64,000 bases of DNA from Candidatus Bathyarchaeota archaeon (GCA_963806535.1 CAWDYC010000005.1:96001-160000), one strand, 5' to 3'. Shown: positions 1-11,430, numbered from the stretch's first letter. A program made the numbers and translations. Notes: generated from the sequence alone by a model not told the origin.

Positions 1-1701
1 ATTGTTTTTCATAATGACACATCTGATTCGAAAAGTTATAGCGGAATGCTTTCTAATCTCCTTAATACGACGTCGACAGATTTACAATTGGCTAAATCTT
101 GGGTTTTGTTAGACTCTCACGGTACCCCTGACGGCGCCATTTACCTTTTTGAAAACATGGATATGCCAGATTATTTCCAGACTTTTTCGAAAGTAAATTT
201 AGTAGTGGGTGGATTAGATACAATAGGTTCTCTCTCTTCCATTAATGGCTTTTATCCTGCTGAATCGGCTTCCATTTTCCTTGAAAACCAACCCATTTCT
301 AATGACAGTATAGTCTCCATTTTAACTTCAAAAGACATAGACAAAACACTGATCTTTTACGGTAATAAGACGTTTAATGATCTAGTTTTAGATACTATTG
401 ATGACAGTGCTCTTATTGCCCCGGGGGACTCTTTTTCTAACACCGCCTTGCCATATTGGTTAACCGATACAACGCACTACTTTACCCCTGAAATGTCAAA
501 TTGGACAAAAGATGCGGTAACGAGCTTTACATGGACTCCTATTATTTTGCCTTCCTTAGTTAACACTACCTCTCTAAGCGACAAATACGACTTCGGCCTA
601 GGGCACAGCCTTATCTACACTTCCAATTCTAGTTCTCTGTTCACTTCACTTTTTAATGTCAAGAATTCAGGGCAATATGATCTCTGGACTAGAGTGTTAT
701 TTGGTTCAAGCGGCGGAAATTTAAGTTTTACAATTAATGACGCTAAAATTAGTCCGATGGAAATTAATACTAACTCGACAGTTTTGACTGGTTTCAATTG
801 GGTTCATTTAGGAGAAGTAAATCTGGTGGCAGGTTCACATAAACTTACTATCTCTAATAAGAGTGGGACCAATGCTGTTAACCTTGTTGCACTGCCAACC
901 ACGATTGAGCTTGCAGAGCACACACAAAAATTGCTTGATTTGATTAATCAATCTGGTGCTACAATAGCTTACATTACAGGTGAACCGTTTCTGCTGAATT
1001 CAACGAAATATGACGCCCAAGGAGAAAATACAACGTTTTCAGAATATGCACCGAAGACTTCTTCATATCTAATTAATGTTCAAACTGATCAATCATTGAA
1101 TAGCGGCATGTTAGAACTATTTGTCGATAACAAGCCCTACGCTATCAGCGCTAATCCTTTGGATGGTCAATATTGGTATTCAGCGGGGCCAATTAACTTA
1201 ACTCAAGATTATCATGATATTACATTCAACTACTCTGCTTCAGTAAACATTGAGAACGTAATCCTATATTCGTCAACAAAATCAAATAGTTCATTGGAAA
1301 GCCTCAAATCCGTATTTGGCGACCGCGTTGAACCTTATGTGGTGAATTATGAAAAATCTGGTCCAGTGACTTTTTCTGTCAAAATAAATGCCTCGGCCCC
1401 CTTCATTTTGGCGTTCAACGAACCATCTGATGACTTTTGGCAAATTAATGCTTCTGGAACAAAATTGGCTTTAAATTCTTTGAACAATGCTTTCTTAATT
1501 AACAATACTGAAGATAATTTAGTAACTTTAGACGTCTTCTATGCCCCTGAAGTGTCCTTGCAGTTAGGTGAAAAGATCTCAGTAATATCGTTCGTTTCTG
1601 TTTTAGCAACAATTTCCGTGCTTCTCGTTTTGCCAAAGATAAAAGGAAAACGGTGTTTGAATCTTAGCAACTCTCCTCCAAGCTCTTCTAAGAAAGACTA
1701 A
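1..1701 (+). CDS. C-terminal part of a large membrane-anchored surface/glycosylation-locus protein with beta-sandwich (CBM-like) domains; 5' end outside the window
   Basis: Frame is open from position 1. Two repeats resemble CBM6/35-type sandwiches (GQYDLWTRV...WVHLGEVNLVAGSHKLTI; YLINVQ...WYSAGPINLTQDYHDITF). Has a YfhO-like C-terminal segment (FILAFNEP...W...LNNAFLI), a C-terminal TM helix and many N-x-S/T sequons. Confidence 0.6.
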   Translation: MVFHNDTSDSKSYSGMLSNLLNTTSTDLQLAKSWVLLDSHGTPDGAIYLFENMDMPDYFQTFSKVNLVVGGLDTIGSLSSINGFYPAESASIFLENQPISNDSIVSILTSKDIDKTLIFYGNKTFNDLVLDTIDDSALIAPGDSFSNTALPYWLTDTTHYFTPEMSNWTKDAVTSFTWTPIILPSLVNTTSLSDKYDFGLGHSLIYTSNSSSLFTSLFNVKNSGQYDLWTRVLFGSSGGNLSFTINDAKISPMEINTNSTVLTGFNWVHLGEVNLVAGSHKLTISNKSGTNAVNLVALPTTIELAEHTQKLLDLINQSGATIAYITGEPFLLNSTKYDAQGENTTFSEYAPKTSSYLINVQTDQSLNSGMLELFVDNKPYAISANPLDGQYWYSAGPINLTQDYHDITFNYSASVNIENVILYSSTKSNSSLESLKSVFGDRVEPYVVNYEKSGPVTFSVKINASAPFILAFNEPSDDFWQINASGTKLALNSLNNAFLINNTEDNLVTLDVFYAPEVSLQLGEKISVISFVSVLATISVLLVLPKIKGKRCLNLSNSPPSSSKKD

Positions 1702-2020
1702 GTGTGTAAGGATAATGACAGTTAATAATTCTTTAGCTCAAGCTTCAACCTTAACAAATAAACAATTTCTAGCTTAATAAGGTAGAAAAAAATTGAACTC
1801 TTGTTCAAACTCTTAAAACGTGGAAATTTGAGTCAACGTTAGAAAGTCTTTGGCTTGAAGAGACGAAAGATTCCGTACGTTCTTCCTACTCAACACTTTG
1901 CTCAATCGCTAGGCTACTTTACGTTTAGAGGTTAAGTTTAGATAAACATATAAGTTATAGCTCGATATTCACGCAATACTAAATTGAAAACAATTAGACA
2001 TCAATGGATTAATCGGCTGA

Positions 2021-3910
2021 ATGATTATGGATAAAATAGGTTTAGGTTCATGTTTGCTTATTATTCTAGGTATTGGTCTAATTATTGTTCCAGCAATACC
2101 CCAAACCATAATCAACATATCTCTAATTTTAACCGGTTTGAAACTTGATTTGCTAACAGTTGTGTCTTTGCTTCAAAATATGTGGCTGATTAATCTTGTT
2201 CCCAAAATAGTTGGCGTGGTCATATTAAGTGTGATTACGGCTCGAAGTCGCTTGAAGGTTGACTCTTCTAAGATCAAGCGACAAATAATCAAAGTTGCTG
2301 TTTTGGCGTTTGTTGTCTTGATGCTTGTTGGAGCTATCTTTTTAGAAGTTCCAGTAGCAAAAGCGGAATCAGTTGCAACTACTAGCTTCATTTTGGGATT
2401 TCCTTTGCCGATTGCTGACTATTATATTGGAAAATCCTCAACCGATTCTTATTTTGCCATTAATGGTTCAAATTGGGTCAATTTAATGTTTGATGTTGGA
2501 ACTAAGACTTGGACCAGTTACTCTAGTAATTATACAAAGGTTGAACAGCTTGTTTTGGGGCAAGTTTCTTCCGGCACAGTTTACCTTAAAGAAGTACCTT
2601 TTAACTTGACCTTGATGAGTAGTATCCCGGCTAATGTTTCTGTTATTTGCAGTATTGATGGTGTTATTTGCACTTACATCAATCCAGTTAGTAGTCTTGG
2701 ATCGCCATACACAGTTTCAATTGGTTCAGGTAATAATGTAGGCGACTACGTCGTCACTGACTCAGGAAACCGCATTTTGTTGGCTTCGCCCAATGCTAGC
2801 TTTGCGATTCAATCAGCTGTAAACTCGGTTTTTGGATACGGAACTGTTAATGTATTATGCAACATCACGGTAACTGCTCCAATAGCAATTTTGCAAAGCA
2901 TCAATTACGTTCAGCAGGGTGTTGCAAATTTGCAATCCGACTATTTGATAATCGGCGATTCAACTCACTTAGTTCAAGGCTACACAATCACCATTAATGA
3001 TATTGAAGGCGATGGAGTGCACAATGGAATTACTTTTGTCAACGCAATTTATGGGCAAATTAAATACAACTTTATTAATAATTGCAATTATGGCTTTTTC
3101 TTTAACGCGCAACCTACTTCTTTCTCTTATCCGTTTGGTGCAGCCGAAAACACCATAATTGGAGGTATGCTCGGAGCGTGGAATGGCAATAGTACAACAA
3201 ATATTGGCAACACCGCAATCAAATATAATAATGGTGACGGTTGGATGGAAGGAAACCGATTTCTGCAAAATGGTATTCAAGGTTACAAAGTTGGAATTGA
3301 TTTTGGAAATGGAACCAAGCAAGGCTACACTTGGTTTCAGGGGTTCTTTGGGCTAGAAGGAGATCTTAATCCCATAGACATTATTTGGGGAACCGCAACC
3401 CACGAAACCATAGAAACTTATTATACTGTGCCTGGAATAACTGGCATTCCAAAAGACTGCATTGTTTTAACCCCTACAAACTCTAACCAATTTACAGGCC
3501 CCACCTACATGAATGATACTGGTATCCAAGTTACTCCTAATAATGTTAATCAAGCCATACCAATTGGTTTGAATAGTGGTTGGGGGACTTCACAAATTTT
3601 TTACTTCAAAAGTTTGTCTAACCCTGATTTAGCAGATTGCGCAATTCCAGCCCAAATAGGAATTACAAGAGATGGCACTTTTACGGGGGAAAATGTGACA
3701 GTTAGAATTAGCATGGTTCACAGTGATGGAACTGCCTCAGATCTAGACAAAATTTATACAACAACCGGAACTGAATGGCTTAGCGGTAGCGATTGGGCTA
3801 GTTTAATTCAAGACATGAAACCGATTCAATATATTGTTGTTACAGCAATAACAGCTTCCAACTCAACAAGTGTTACTCTTAACGTGACAGTGATAGCATT
3901 CGCAATTTAG
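2021..3910 (+). CDS. Membrane-anchored extracellular protein with a probable pectin-lyase-like beta-helix
   Basis: 629-aa ORF with three N-terminal hydrophobic segments. The motif NASFAIQSAVN...GTVNV is followed by an Asn/Gly/Ile-rich region typical of beta-helices. Confidence 0.55.
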   Translation: MIMDKIGLGSCLLIILGIGLIIVPAIPQTIINISLILTGLKLDLLTVVSLLQNMWLINLVPKIVGVVILSVITARSRLKVDSSKIKRQIIKVAVLAFVVLMLVGAIFLEVPVAKAESVATTSFILGFPLPIADYYIGKSSTDSYFAINGSNWVNLMFDVGTKTWTSYSSNYTKVEQLVLGQVSSGTVYLKEVPFNLTLMSSIPANVSVICSIDGVICTYINPVSSLGSPYTVSIGSGNNVGDYVVTDSGNRILLASPNASFAIQSAVNSVFGYGTVNVLCNITVTAPIAILQSINYVQQGVANLQSDYLIIGDSTHLVQGYTITINDIEGDGVHNGITFVNAIYGQIKYNFINNCNYGFFFNAQPTSFSYPFGAAENTIIGGMLGAWNGNSTTNIGNTAIKYNNGDGWMEGNRFLQNGIQGYKVGIDFGNGTKQGYTWFQGFFGLEGDLNPIDIIWGTATHETIETYYTVPGITGIPKDCIVLTPTNSNQFTGPTYMNDTGIQVTPNNVNQAIPIGLNSGWGTSQIFYFKSLSNPDLADCAIPAQIGITRDGTFTGENVTVRISMVHSDGTASDLDKIYTTTGTEWLSGSDWASLIQDMKPIQYIVVTAITASNSTSVTLNVTVIAFAI

Positions 3911-4068
3911 TAATGTCGCATTGTAAAAAGATGTGTAGTGCTGCTGATTCTGAATTCGCTTCTCTCTTTAGGGTAATGTGCATTCTAACTTGTAAAAAAA
4001 CCTGACAGAGGCATAAGATATAAACTCGAATTATTGTTAATCATTGGAATTAACAAAGGAGACTGCCA

Positions 4069-4797
4069 GTGGTATCTAGACGACCTTCCAAAATTAATTC
4101 TGCTAAACCAATGCTAGGCAAATTTGGGATATCATCATCCGATGTCATCCTGGATGCTGGTTGTGGTTACGGATTGCGTTCAATTGAGGTAAGCGAGAAA
4201 ATTGGCTCTCATATAATTTCAGTTGATTTATCATCAAGTTGTCTAAAATCCTTTAACTCAAAGAAACACAAGAACGATATTGATATTATCCGTGCAGATG
4301 TTCAGAATCTTCCGCTACAGGATAGGTCGTTTGACAAAATTATTTCTGGCGATGTTTTGGAACATGTACCAAATGTCTCGAATACTTTGGAGGGTTTCCA
4401 TCGAATGCTTAAAAAAAGTGGGATGGTATTTCTGTTGGTTCCGTCAAGTGTTTCGGAAAAGCTTTTTTTGAAACTCGATAATAAGCATGCCGAACGGATA
4501 GGTCATCTTAGGATCTTTGAATCGGAACAATTTCTGGCCATAGTCAAGGACGCAGGCTTTTGTGTTGTTGATAATTACAACGTTGAGTTTTTTAGGGCAC
4601 TTTATCATCTATTTCAAGTTTTATTAGGATCAAGAATTGAACATCAAACCGGTCGGGTTATAGAAGACATGTCTGGTTTAACAATTATGTCTAAGTTTTC
4701 TAGAGTGGTATTTTATTCGTGGCTTGGAGACATTATTGAAGAATTTGGAAAATTCATTTTCCCAAATAGTTTTGTCGTAATTGCAAAAAAAATGTAG
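4069..4797 (+). CDS. Class I SAM-dependent methyltransferase
   Basis: Motifs ILDAGCGYG, ADVQNLPLQDRSFDKIISGDVLEHV and GHLRIF. Confidence 0.9.
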   Translation: MVSRRPSKINSAKPMLGKFGISSSDVILDAGCGYGLRSIEVSEKIGSHIISVDLSSSCLKSFNSKKHKNDIDIIRADVQNLPLQDRSFDKIISGDVLEHVPNVSNTLEGFHRMLKKSGMVFLLVPSSVSEKLFLKLDNKHAERIGHLRIFESEQFLAIVKDAGFCVVDNYNVEFFRALYHLFQVLLGSRIEHQTGRVIEDMSGLTIMSKFSRVVFYSWLGDIIEEFGKFIFPNSFVVIAKKM

Positions 4798-5040
4798 CAA
4801 CGGATAATTTTTTATCTGAATTATAGTGGGTTTTGGCATATCAATGCTCTGCTTAGACGGACGTCCTGTTAGGTCTACCCTTGAAATTTTAGTGTTAGAG
4901 ACTGACAAACTCAATCAAGATTAATATGCCCGCTGACCATAAATCAGTTAACAACAAAATTAGCTCCAGTTTCAACCAAAAGTGATAAACGCAACCGAAC
5001 AGAAAACACTTAACTTGCAACTCCAAATCTGGAAAAAAAT

Positions 5041-6653
5041 ATGACAACCAAAACTGCAGAGATGGCTAGAGTTTCAGCTAAAGGTGGTTTTCACCTCTTA
5101 TGGGGCTTAGTTGTCTCTACGTTGATTTCAGCTGTAGGTACCATAATTATCGCTCGGCTTCTGGGTGCAGATAATTACGGTTTATACATTGTTGCCCTTT
5201 CAGCCCCAAATTTAATTTCGACTTTTCGTGATTGGGGAATAAATTCTGCCATGATCAGATATTCTGCACAATACAACAGCGAAAACAATACAGCTAAAAT
5301 AAGAGGCATTTTTGTTTCAGGTTTATTGTTTGAGATAATTTTAGGTTTATTGCTCTCTGTTCTTTCTTTTGCTCTCTCTGGTTTTTTAGCTACAACCTTT
5401 AATCGACCAGCTATTGCTCCTTTGATTCAAATAGCTCTTTTTACGTTTTGGCTGGTGCACTGATGAACGCAGCAACTGCAGCTTACACTGGAATGGAAAC
5501 AATGCATCTAAACAGCATCATGCTAATAGTACATTCAATTGCCAAAACTACCCTGATAATCACACTCGTGCTGTTAGGGTTAGGCACTCTAGGCGCAGTT
5601 ACGGGTTTTACGATAGCCACTACAATTGCAGGCATAACAAGCGTTCTTCTAATGTTTACTATCTACAGATCTTTGCCTAAACCTACTCGACGGCAAACTG
5701 GAAATCATTGCAACAACCAAAACTATGTTAAAATATGGTTTACCCGTATCAATCGGCACTATTCTTTTAGGATTTTTAGCTCAATTCTACAGTTACATCC
5801 TAGCAATTTACGTATCAAACAACGCTACTATCGGCAATTATAGTGTAGCAGTAAATTTCGTTGTTTTAATTACCTTCTTTGCAACTCCTGTAACAACGAT
5901 GCTGTTTCCAGCATTCTCCAAGTTAGATGCCCAAAAAGACAAAGCACTTTTTGGAAATATTTTTCAATATTCCGTAAAATACGCTTCATTTGTTGTTGTG
6001 CCAGTCGCAGCTATGGTTATGGTTCTTGCGCAACCTGCAATAGGCACTATATTCCAAGATAGGTATGTGCAAGCGCCTTTGTTTTTGGCTTTGTTGTCAG
6101 TAACTTATCTTTACACGGCTTTTGGCAGTTTAAGTGTCGGCAACTTGATAAATGGACAAGGCTACACAAAATTTAATTTGAAAGTGTCTGTTCTTACTGC
6201 TGCTATTGGTTTTCCATTAAGTTTTATTTTAATATCAAGCTTTGGCGTTATAGGTTTGATTGTTACTTCGTTAACGGTTAGTCTTCCAGGTTTATTCATT
6301 AGTTTACGCTTCATCAAAAAACGTTTCGGGGTGTCGGTAGATTGGGTTTCTTCAGGGAAAATTCTTTTTTCTTCTGCATTAGCCGCTATTTTGACCTATG
6401 TTCTGATCTCTAAACCTTGCTTTTTCAAATCCAATAAAATTAATCAACAGGCATAGTTGCTTTTGTGATAATTCTACTTGTTGCAGCATTGATTACAAGA
6501 ACAGTAAACGCTGGAGACATAAATAATCTTCGAGAAATCTCAAATGGACTTGGTTTGCTTCATAAACCATTGAATTTCCTAATTAGTTTCCTCGAAAAAT
6601 TAATGAAAATTCTGCAGCGCCAAAAACAGAATTCACTTGAACAAAATCAATAA
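5041..6653 (+). CDS. Oligosaccharide flippase (Wzx/MOP family), split by about 3-4 frameshifts
   Basis: ORFs 5041-5463, 5448-5843, 5725-6456 and 6465-6653 join into one multi-TM flippase (IIARLLGADNYGLY; MLKYGLP; IGNYSVA; LFPAFSKL). Confidence 0.85.
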
Positions 6654-7191
6654 CTAAGCTGAAATTTCTTTCTCTCTCATGAAATTTTGATTTCCGCTGC
6701 TAGCTTTTTTGGATATTTGTGAAAGTGCTCTGTATTTGCCGCAGTATTCTCCTCCAACATGTGTGCAGGTGTAGCTATTGTTTGAATACAGTTTGCAAGA
6801 ACGATTGAAAAGGCATTTTTTCTCGCCTAGAACCAAGGATGACAAAATGTAAGAGTTGAATGGTTTCATTTCGATTCGACTCCCTAATTTTCTATTACTG
6901 TTATGCCATGTTATCGCTAATAGAATTATGTGATTGTCTCGATGCAATCACAGGATAATAAAATTAATGCGATTTATGAAAAATTATTGAGAAGAATCCA
7001 AATCTTTGAACTTGATCAAATCGATAATATTGAGGCTTAATAGAAAGACGTACTATTTTTAATTATGAAAATAATCTGAATTTGCGATAAAGCTTCTGAA
7101 TACATTCTGTTACTATTTATTATTTAGCACATAAACTTATTTAGTTCTGTAATAGCAAATCATACTCAACCAGAAATAGTTAGGGATTGAT

Positions 7192-8250
7192 ATGAAAGCA
7201 CTTGTTCTCAGCGGCGGTAAAGGCACTAGGCTTAGACCTTTAACTTTCACTTGCGCTAAACAGCTTATTCCAGTAGCTAACAAACCCATATTGGGCTATG
7301 TTCTTGATCAGGTGGCATCTACCAGCATAAAAAAAGTCGGCATAATTACTGCGCCTGAAACTGGACAGTTCGTTAAGGATTATGTTAAAGATGGTTCAAA
7401 CTGGGGTCTTAAAGTCGATTATATTCCTCAGGAACCTCTTGGATTGGCACATGCAGTTAAGACTGCTAAACGATTTTTGGGGCAGGATTCTTTTGTTATG
7501 TGTTTAGGCGATAACGTTACTGGTCAAGGTTTAAACTCATTTGTAAAAAAATTCAAAAGTGAGCATCTTGATGCTCTTATTATTCTTAAAGAAGTTGAGA
7601 ATCCATCAAGTTTTGGCATAGCTCAACTAGATGAGAAAGGAAACATTATCAGGTTGGTGGAGAAGCCTAAGACTCCCATGGGTAATCTTGCTATTATTGG
7701 CACTTACCTCTTCTCCAACAAAGTTCATCAAGCCATAGAAAGAATAAAGCCGTCTTGGCGAGGAGAATTGGAAATTACTGATGCTATTCAAGAAATGATT
7801 AACATGGGCTTTAAGGTTAAAGCTGAAATCTTAAATTCATGGTGGCTTGACACAGGCAAAAAAGATGACATCCTATCAGCTAACGCCAAAATACTGGACA
7901 CATACATCGAGTTTGACGTTAAGGGGAACGTAACAAACAGCATTTTAGATGGCAGAGTTAAAGTGGAACCTGAAGCAAAAATAGTGAATAGTACAATACG
8001 AGGACCATGCGCAATTGGAAAAGATGTTTTGATTGAAAACTCTTTCATTGGACCTTACACAAGCATTGGAGATTGTTCAACAATTATTAATTCTAACGTT
8101 GAATATTGTGTTATACAAGAAAACGTTACGGTCAAAGATGTGGAGCGGCTGGAAGAGAGTTTAATTGGCAAAAACGCGAAGGTGACAAGAAACCAGCGGA
8201 ACCGAACCATCAAGTTGCATATAGGTGATTTCTCAGAAGTGGAAGTTTAA
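7192..8250 (+). CDS. rfbA: Glucose-1-phosphate thymidylyltransferase (long form)
   Basis: Motifs LSGGKGTRLRPLT, KQLIPVANKP, EKPK and RGELEITDAI, plus C-terminal hexapeptide repeats; first gene of the rml cluster. Confidence 0.93.
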   Translation: MKALVLSGGKGTRLRPLTFTCAKQLIPVANKPILGYVLDQVASTSIKKVGIITAPETGQFVKDYVKDGSNWGLKVDYIPQEPLGLAHAVKTAKRFLGQDSFVMCLGDNVTGQGLNSFVKKFKSEHLDALIILKEVENPSSFGIAQLDEKGNIIRLVEKPKTPMGNLAIIGTYLFSNKVHQAIERIKPSWRGELEITDAIQEMINMGFKVKAEILNSWWLDTGKKDDILSANAKILDTYIEFDVKGNVTNSILDGRVKVEPEAKIVNSTIRGPCAIGKDVLIENSFIGPYTSIGDCSTIINSNVEYCVIQENVTVKDVERLEESLIGKNAKVTRNQRNRTIKLHIGDFSEVEV

Positions 8251-8320
8251 AGCACTCGAACCATAACAACTATTATAAACATTTTTAAAAATTATGTTAA
8301 CGGGCAAGCAAGGGATATTG

Positions 8321-8824
8321 ATGCTAAAAGGAATAAGAATTAAACCAATAAATCGATTGCCAGACGAAAGAGGCTTTTTCTGCGAAGTAATGCGTAAGGA
8401 CTGGAAAGATCTGTTTGAAGAAGATACAATTGCACAGGCAAATCTTTCATTTACTTATCCAAACATTATTCGTGCGTGGCATAGGCATCTTAAAGGGCAA
8501 ATAGACTATTTTCTGGCGCTTAAAGGTTCAATAAAAATCGGTGTTTTTGACGAAAAAACAAATGAACTTAACGAGATTATTTCAAGTGCTTTGAACTTGC
8601 AAGTTGTACGTGTTCCTGGTCATTATTGGCATGGCTTTAAAGCTCTCGGAGATGAACCGGCTATGCTGCTTTATTTCACCACAAACTTGTATGATCCTGC
8701 TCATCCAGATGAAGAACGCAGACCTTGGAATGACCAAACACTTATCCCTAAAATTATAAATGGCAAGAAGGATGATGCACGTGTTGGTAAACCTTGGGAT
8801 TGGAATTATCCGCCTCATAAGTGA
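8321..8824 (+). CDS. rfbC: dTDP-4-dehydrorhamnose 3,5-epimerase family protein
   Basis: Motifs DERGFFCE, IIRAWHRH and WHGFKA. Start taken at ATG 8321 (upstream ATG at 8294 is in frame). Confidence 0.9.
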   Translation: MLKGIRIKPINRLPDERGFFCEVMRKDWKDLFEEDTIAQANLSFTYPNIIRAWHRHLKGQIDYFLALKGSIKIGVFDEKTNELNEIISSALNLQVVRVPGHYWHGFKALGDEPAMLLYFTTNLYDPAHPDEERRPWNDQTLIPKIINGKKDDARVGKPWDWNYPPHK

Positions 8825-8830
8825 TGAATT

Positions 8831-10720
8831 ATGAAAGTGTTAGTTACTGGTGGTTTAGGTTTTATCGGAAGCAACTTCTGCAGGTACATGCTTTCTGAGA
8901 ATCCTGATTACGAATTGATAAATGTTGACAAAATAGGGATAGGCGCTAACCCAGCGAATCTTCACGATATTGAAAATGACAAACGTTATACTTTCATTAA
9001 AGGTGACATTTGCAATCCGCAGCTTATGAATAGGCTGATTCATCAAGTGGATGCTGTTGTAAACATTGCAGCGGAGACTCATGTAGACAGAAGCATTGCT
9101 GATCCCTACGTGTTTTTGCAGAATAACACGCTTGGTACTTTTACGATTTTAGAAGCTATACGCAAACATAATCATAAGGCTAAGCTTTTGCAGGTTTCAA
9201 CTGACGAAGTTTACGGTGAAGCACTTGAAGGTTCATTCACCGAGAATACTCCGCCTAAACCGTCTAATCCTTACTCAGCTTCAAAAGCCGCCGCCGACAT
9301 GTTTGTTTTATCTTACCATAAAACTTTTGGCTTAAACGTGTCTATTACCCGATGCACCAACAATTTTGGTCCTTACCAGTTGCCAGAAAAACTTATCCCA
9401 AAAACCATTATCCGAGCGCTTAGAGATCTTCCGATTCCAATCTATGGATCTGGACAAAACATTCGCGATTGGATTTACGTTCAAGATCACTGCGAAGCAA
9501 TCGCTACGGTTCTCAAAAAAGGAAACGCTGGAGAAATTTACAATGTTTCAGCTGGAAACGAAATTCCCAACATTGAAATCGCAAAAAAAATCATTGCATT
9601 GCTGCATAAACCTGAGAGTTTGATTACTTTTGTGGAAGATCGGCCTGGGCATGATACAAGGTACAGTTTGGATTCTTCGAAAATAAGGTCATCTTTGGGT
9701 TGGCAGACAAAGTGCAGTTTTGAGAAATCTTTAGAGTCAACTGTTCAATGGTATCTTGACAATGAACATTGGTGGACGCCGTTTGCTACGGAAGTAATTC
9801 TTCATCCAACACCTTGGAAACTTGGCGGTATCTCATTGAAGCTTTTAATCACTGGCGCCAGCGGTCTTTACGGCTCAAAGCTGGCTGCGCTTGCTGTCGA
9901 AAAGAATTTTGAGGTTTATTCCTGTGATGTGCAAGAATTGCCCGTTTGCGGTAACTTCGTTAAATTTGACGTTTCAAATAAAGAATTGGTTAATGAAGCG
10001 TTTAAGCGGGTTAAACCCGACGTTGTAGTTCACGCTGCAACTCTGACTGATGTGGATAAATGTGAGCTCAACAAGGAGCTTGCTTGGAAAATAAATGTTG
10101 AAGGAACAAAAAACATTGTTGAAGCAGCCAAAAACACAGGGTCTTTTCTAATTTATATTTCAACAGATTATGTTTTCAACGGCGAAAAAGGCAACTACAA
10201 GGAAACAGATGAACCCGCCCCGATTAATTATTACGGATTAACTAAGCTCAAAGCTGAAGAAATTGTGAAAACGCAGGCAGAATATTTTATTGCGCGGCCA
10301 AGCGTTATTTACGGTTCAACTCCTGCGGCTGGAAAAGTCAACTTTGCTCTTTGGCTAATTGAAACGCTCCGAAAAGGAGAACATGTGAAGATCATTACTG
10401 ATCAATGGAATACGCCGACGTTGAACACTAATTTGGCTGAGATGACTCTTGAAGTTGTTGAACGCAGATTGACCGGAACATTTCATCTTTGTGGTGCCAC
10501 ACGGGTTAGCCGATTCGAATTTGCAGAATTAATCGCTGAAACTTTCGGTTTAGATAAGAGCTTGATTGATCCAGTTTTGTCTTCACAGTTTACTTGGCCC
10601 GCTAAACGCCCTATGGACTCATCGCTTGACACAACCAAAGCCCAGCAAACGCTGCAGCATAAGCCCCTTGAGATGGATGAAGCGTTGAAACAGTTGAAGT
10701 TTGAGCTTTCAACAGTTTGA
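8831..10720 (+). CDS. rfbB: In-frame fusion of dTDP-glucose 4,6-dehydratase (RfbB) and dTDP-4-dehydrorhamnose reductase (RfbD)
   Basis: N-half has VTGGLGFIGS, AAETHVDRSI, STDEVYG and YSASK. C-half (from about 9836) has LITGASGLYG, ISTDYVFNG, YGLTK and AKRPMDSSLD. Confidence 0.9.
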   Translation: MKVLVTGGLGFIGSNFCRYMLSENPDYELINVDKIGIGANPANLHDIENDKRYTFIKGDICNPQLMNRLIHQVDAVVNIAAETHVDRSIADPYVFLQNNTLGTFTILEAIRKHNHKAKLLQVSTDEVYGEALEGSFTENTPPKPSNPYSASKAAADMFVLSYHKTFGLNVSITRCTNNFGPYQLPEKLIPKTIIRALRDLPIPIYGSGQNIRDWIYVQDHCEAIATVLKKGNAGEIYNVSAGNEIPNIEIAKKIIALLHKPESLITFVEDRPGHDTRYSLDSSKIRSSLGWQTKCSFEKSLESTVQWYLDNEHWWTPFATEVILHPTPWKLGGISLKLLITGASGLYGSKLAALAVEKNFEVYSCDVQELPVCGNFVKFDVSNKELVNEAFKRVKPDVVVHAATLTDVDKCELNKELAWKINVEGTKNIVEAAKNTGSFLIYISTDYVFNGEKGNYKETDEPAPINYYGLTKLKAEEIVKTQAEYFIARPSVIYGSTPAAGKVNFALWLIETLRKGEHVKIITDQWNTPTLNTNLAEMTLEVVERRLTGTFHLCGATRVSRFEFAELIAETFGLDKSLIDPVLSSQFTWPAKRPMDSSLDTTKAQQTLQHKPLEMDEALKQLKFELSTV

Positions 10721-10746
10721 AGGAAGATAGGATATGGAATTATTGA

Positions 10747-11295
10747 TTAAGGATTCATTGCGCCGCAATGAGGGCAATTGTCAAGCTTTTTATCATAAGT
10801 GAATTTGCAGTAATGACAACGTACCTTTGTAACCTCAGTAATCTCTTTTGTGACAGGTTCTTCTTTTGCTTTCAAACAAACTCGTAAATTGAATAGCTCG
10901 TTTGCAAAATCAGTCAGATAATCTGAATGATCAAAAAGGACTGTTTGAGTTTTTTCTAGACCATCATCAAATTCTATAACAAAAATATTGTCTTTCGATG
11001 TAATGCCTGTTGGTGCTAATGCTCGTTTAATTTTGCTTACAGGAATTTCCAGTATGAATTCAGCCGATCTAAAAACAACTTTGTTTTGAGGATGGGAATA
11101 TAACGATAAATTACCATTAATTTGATGAGTAAATAGAGGGTGTCCGCTTAAATATCTGGCGTCAATTTCTAAGATTAGTTCTTTAACGTGCTCTTTATCT
11201 GAAATATGCTCTTTTTCAAGATGCTGGAACATTCTGTCTTCCCCTTTGAACAGTTTTCCACATTTGGGGCAATAGACTTCTAAACCGTTTTTCAT
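10747..11295 (-). CDS. Zinc-finger protein (N-terminal C2H2, C-terminal zinc ribbon)
   Basis: CPKCGK...HLEKEH at the N-terminus and CHYC...CPHCG at the C-terminus. Confidence 0.7.
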   Translation of the reverse strand: MKNGLEVYCPKCGKLFKGEDRMFQHLEKEHISDKEHVKELILEIDARYLSGHPLFTHQINGNLSLYSHPQNKVVFRSAEFILEIPVSKIKRALAPTGITSKDNIFVIEFDDGLEKTQTVLFDHSDYLTDFANELFNLRVCLKAKEEPVTKEITEVTKVRCHYCKFTYDKKLDNCPHCGAMNP

Positions 11296-11430
11296 GCGTT
11301 CAACCTGGCAAATTGTTTCTTATTTCTCTCTTTTACTATTTAAGGAGAACATAAGGTTGCAGCATTAGTATTTTTTAAAAATAGTAGCGCGTATTCTTGG
11401 AAACAAAGATAGTCCAATCGATGTTTCACC

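Noticed and set aside
6654-6947. 97-aa minus-strand ORF after the flippase
   Set aside because: No motif, atypical composition, and it lies in an AT-rich spacer.
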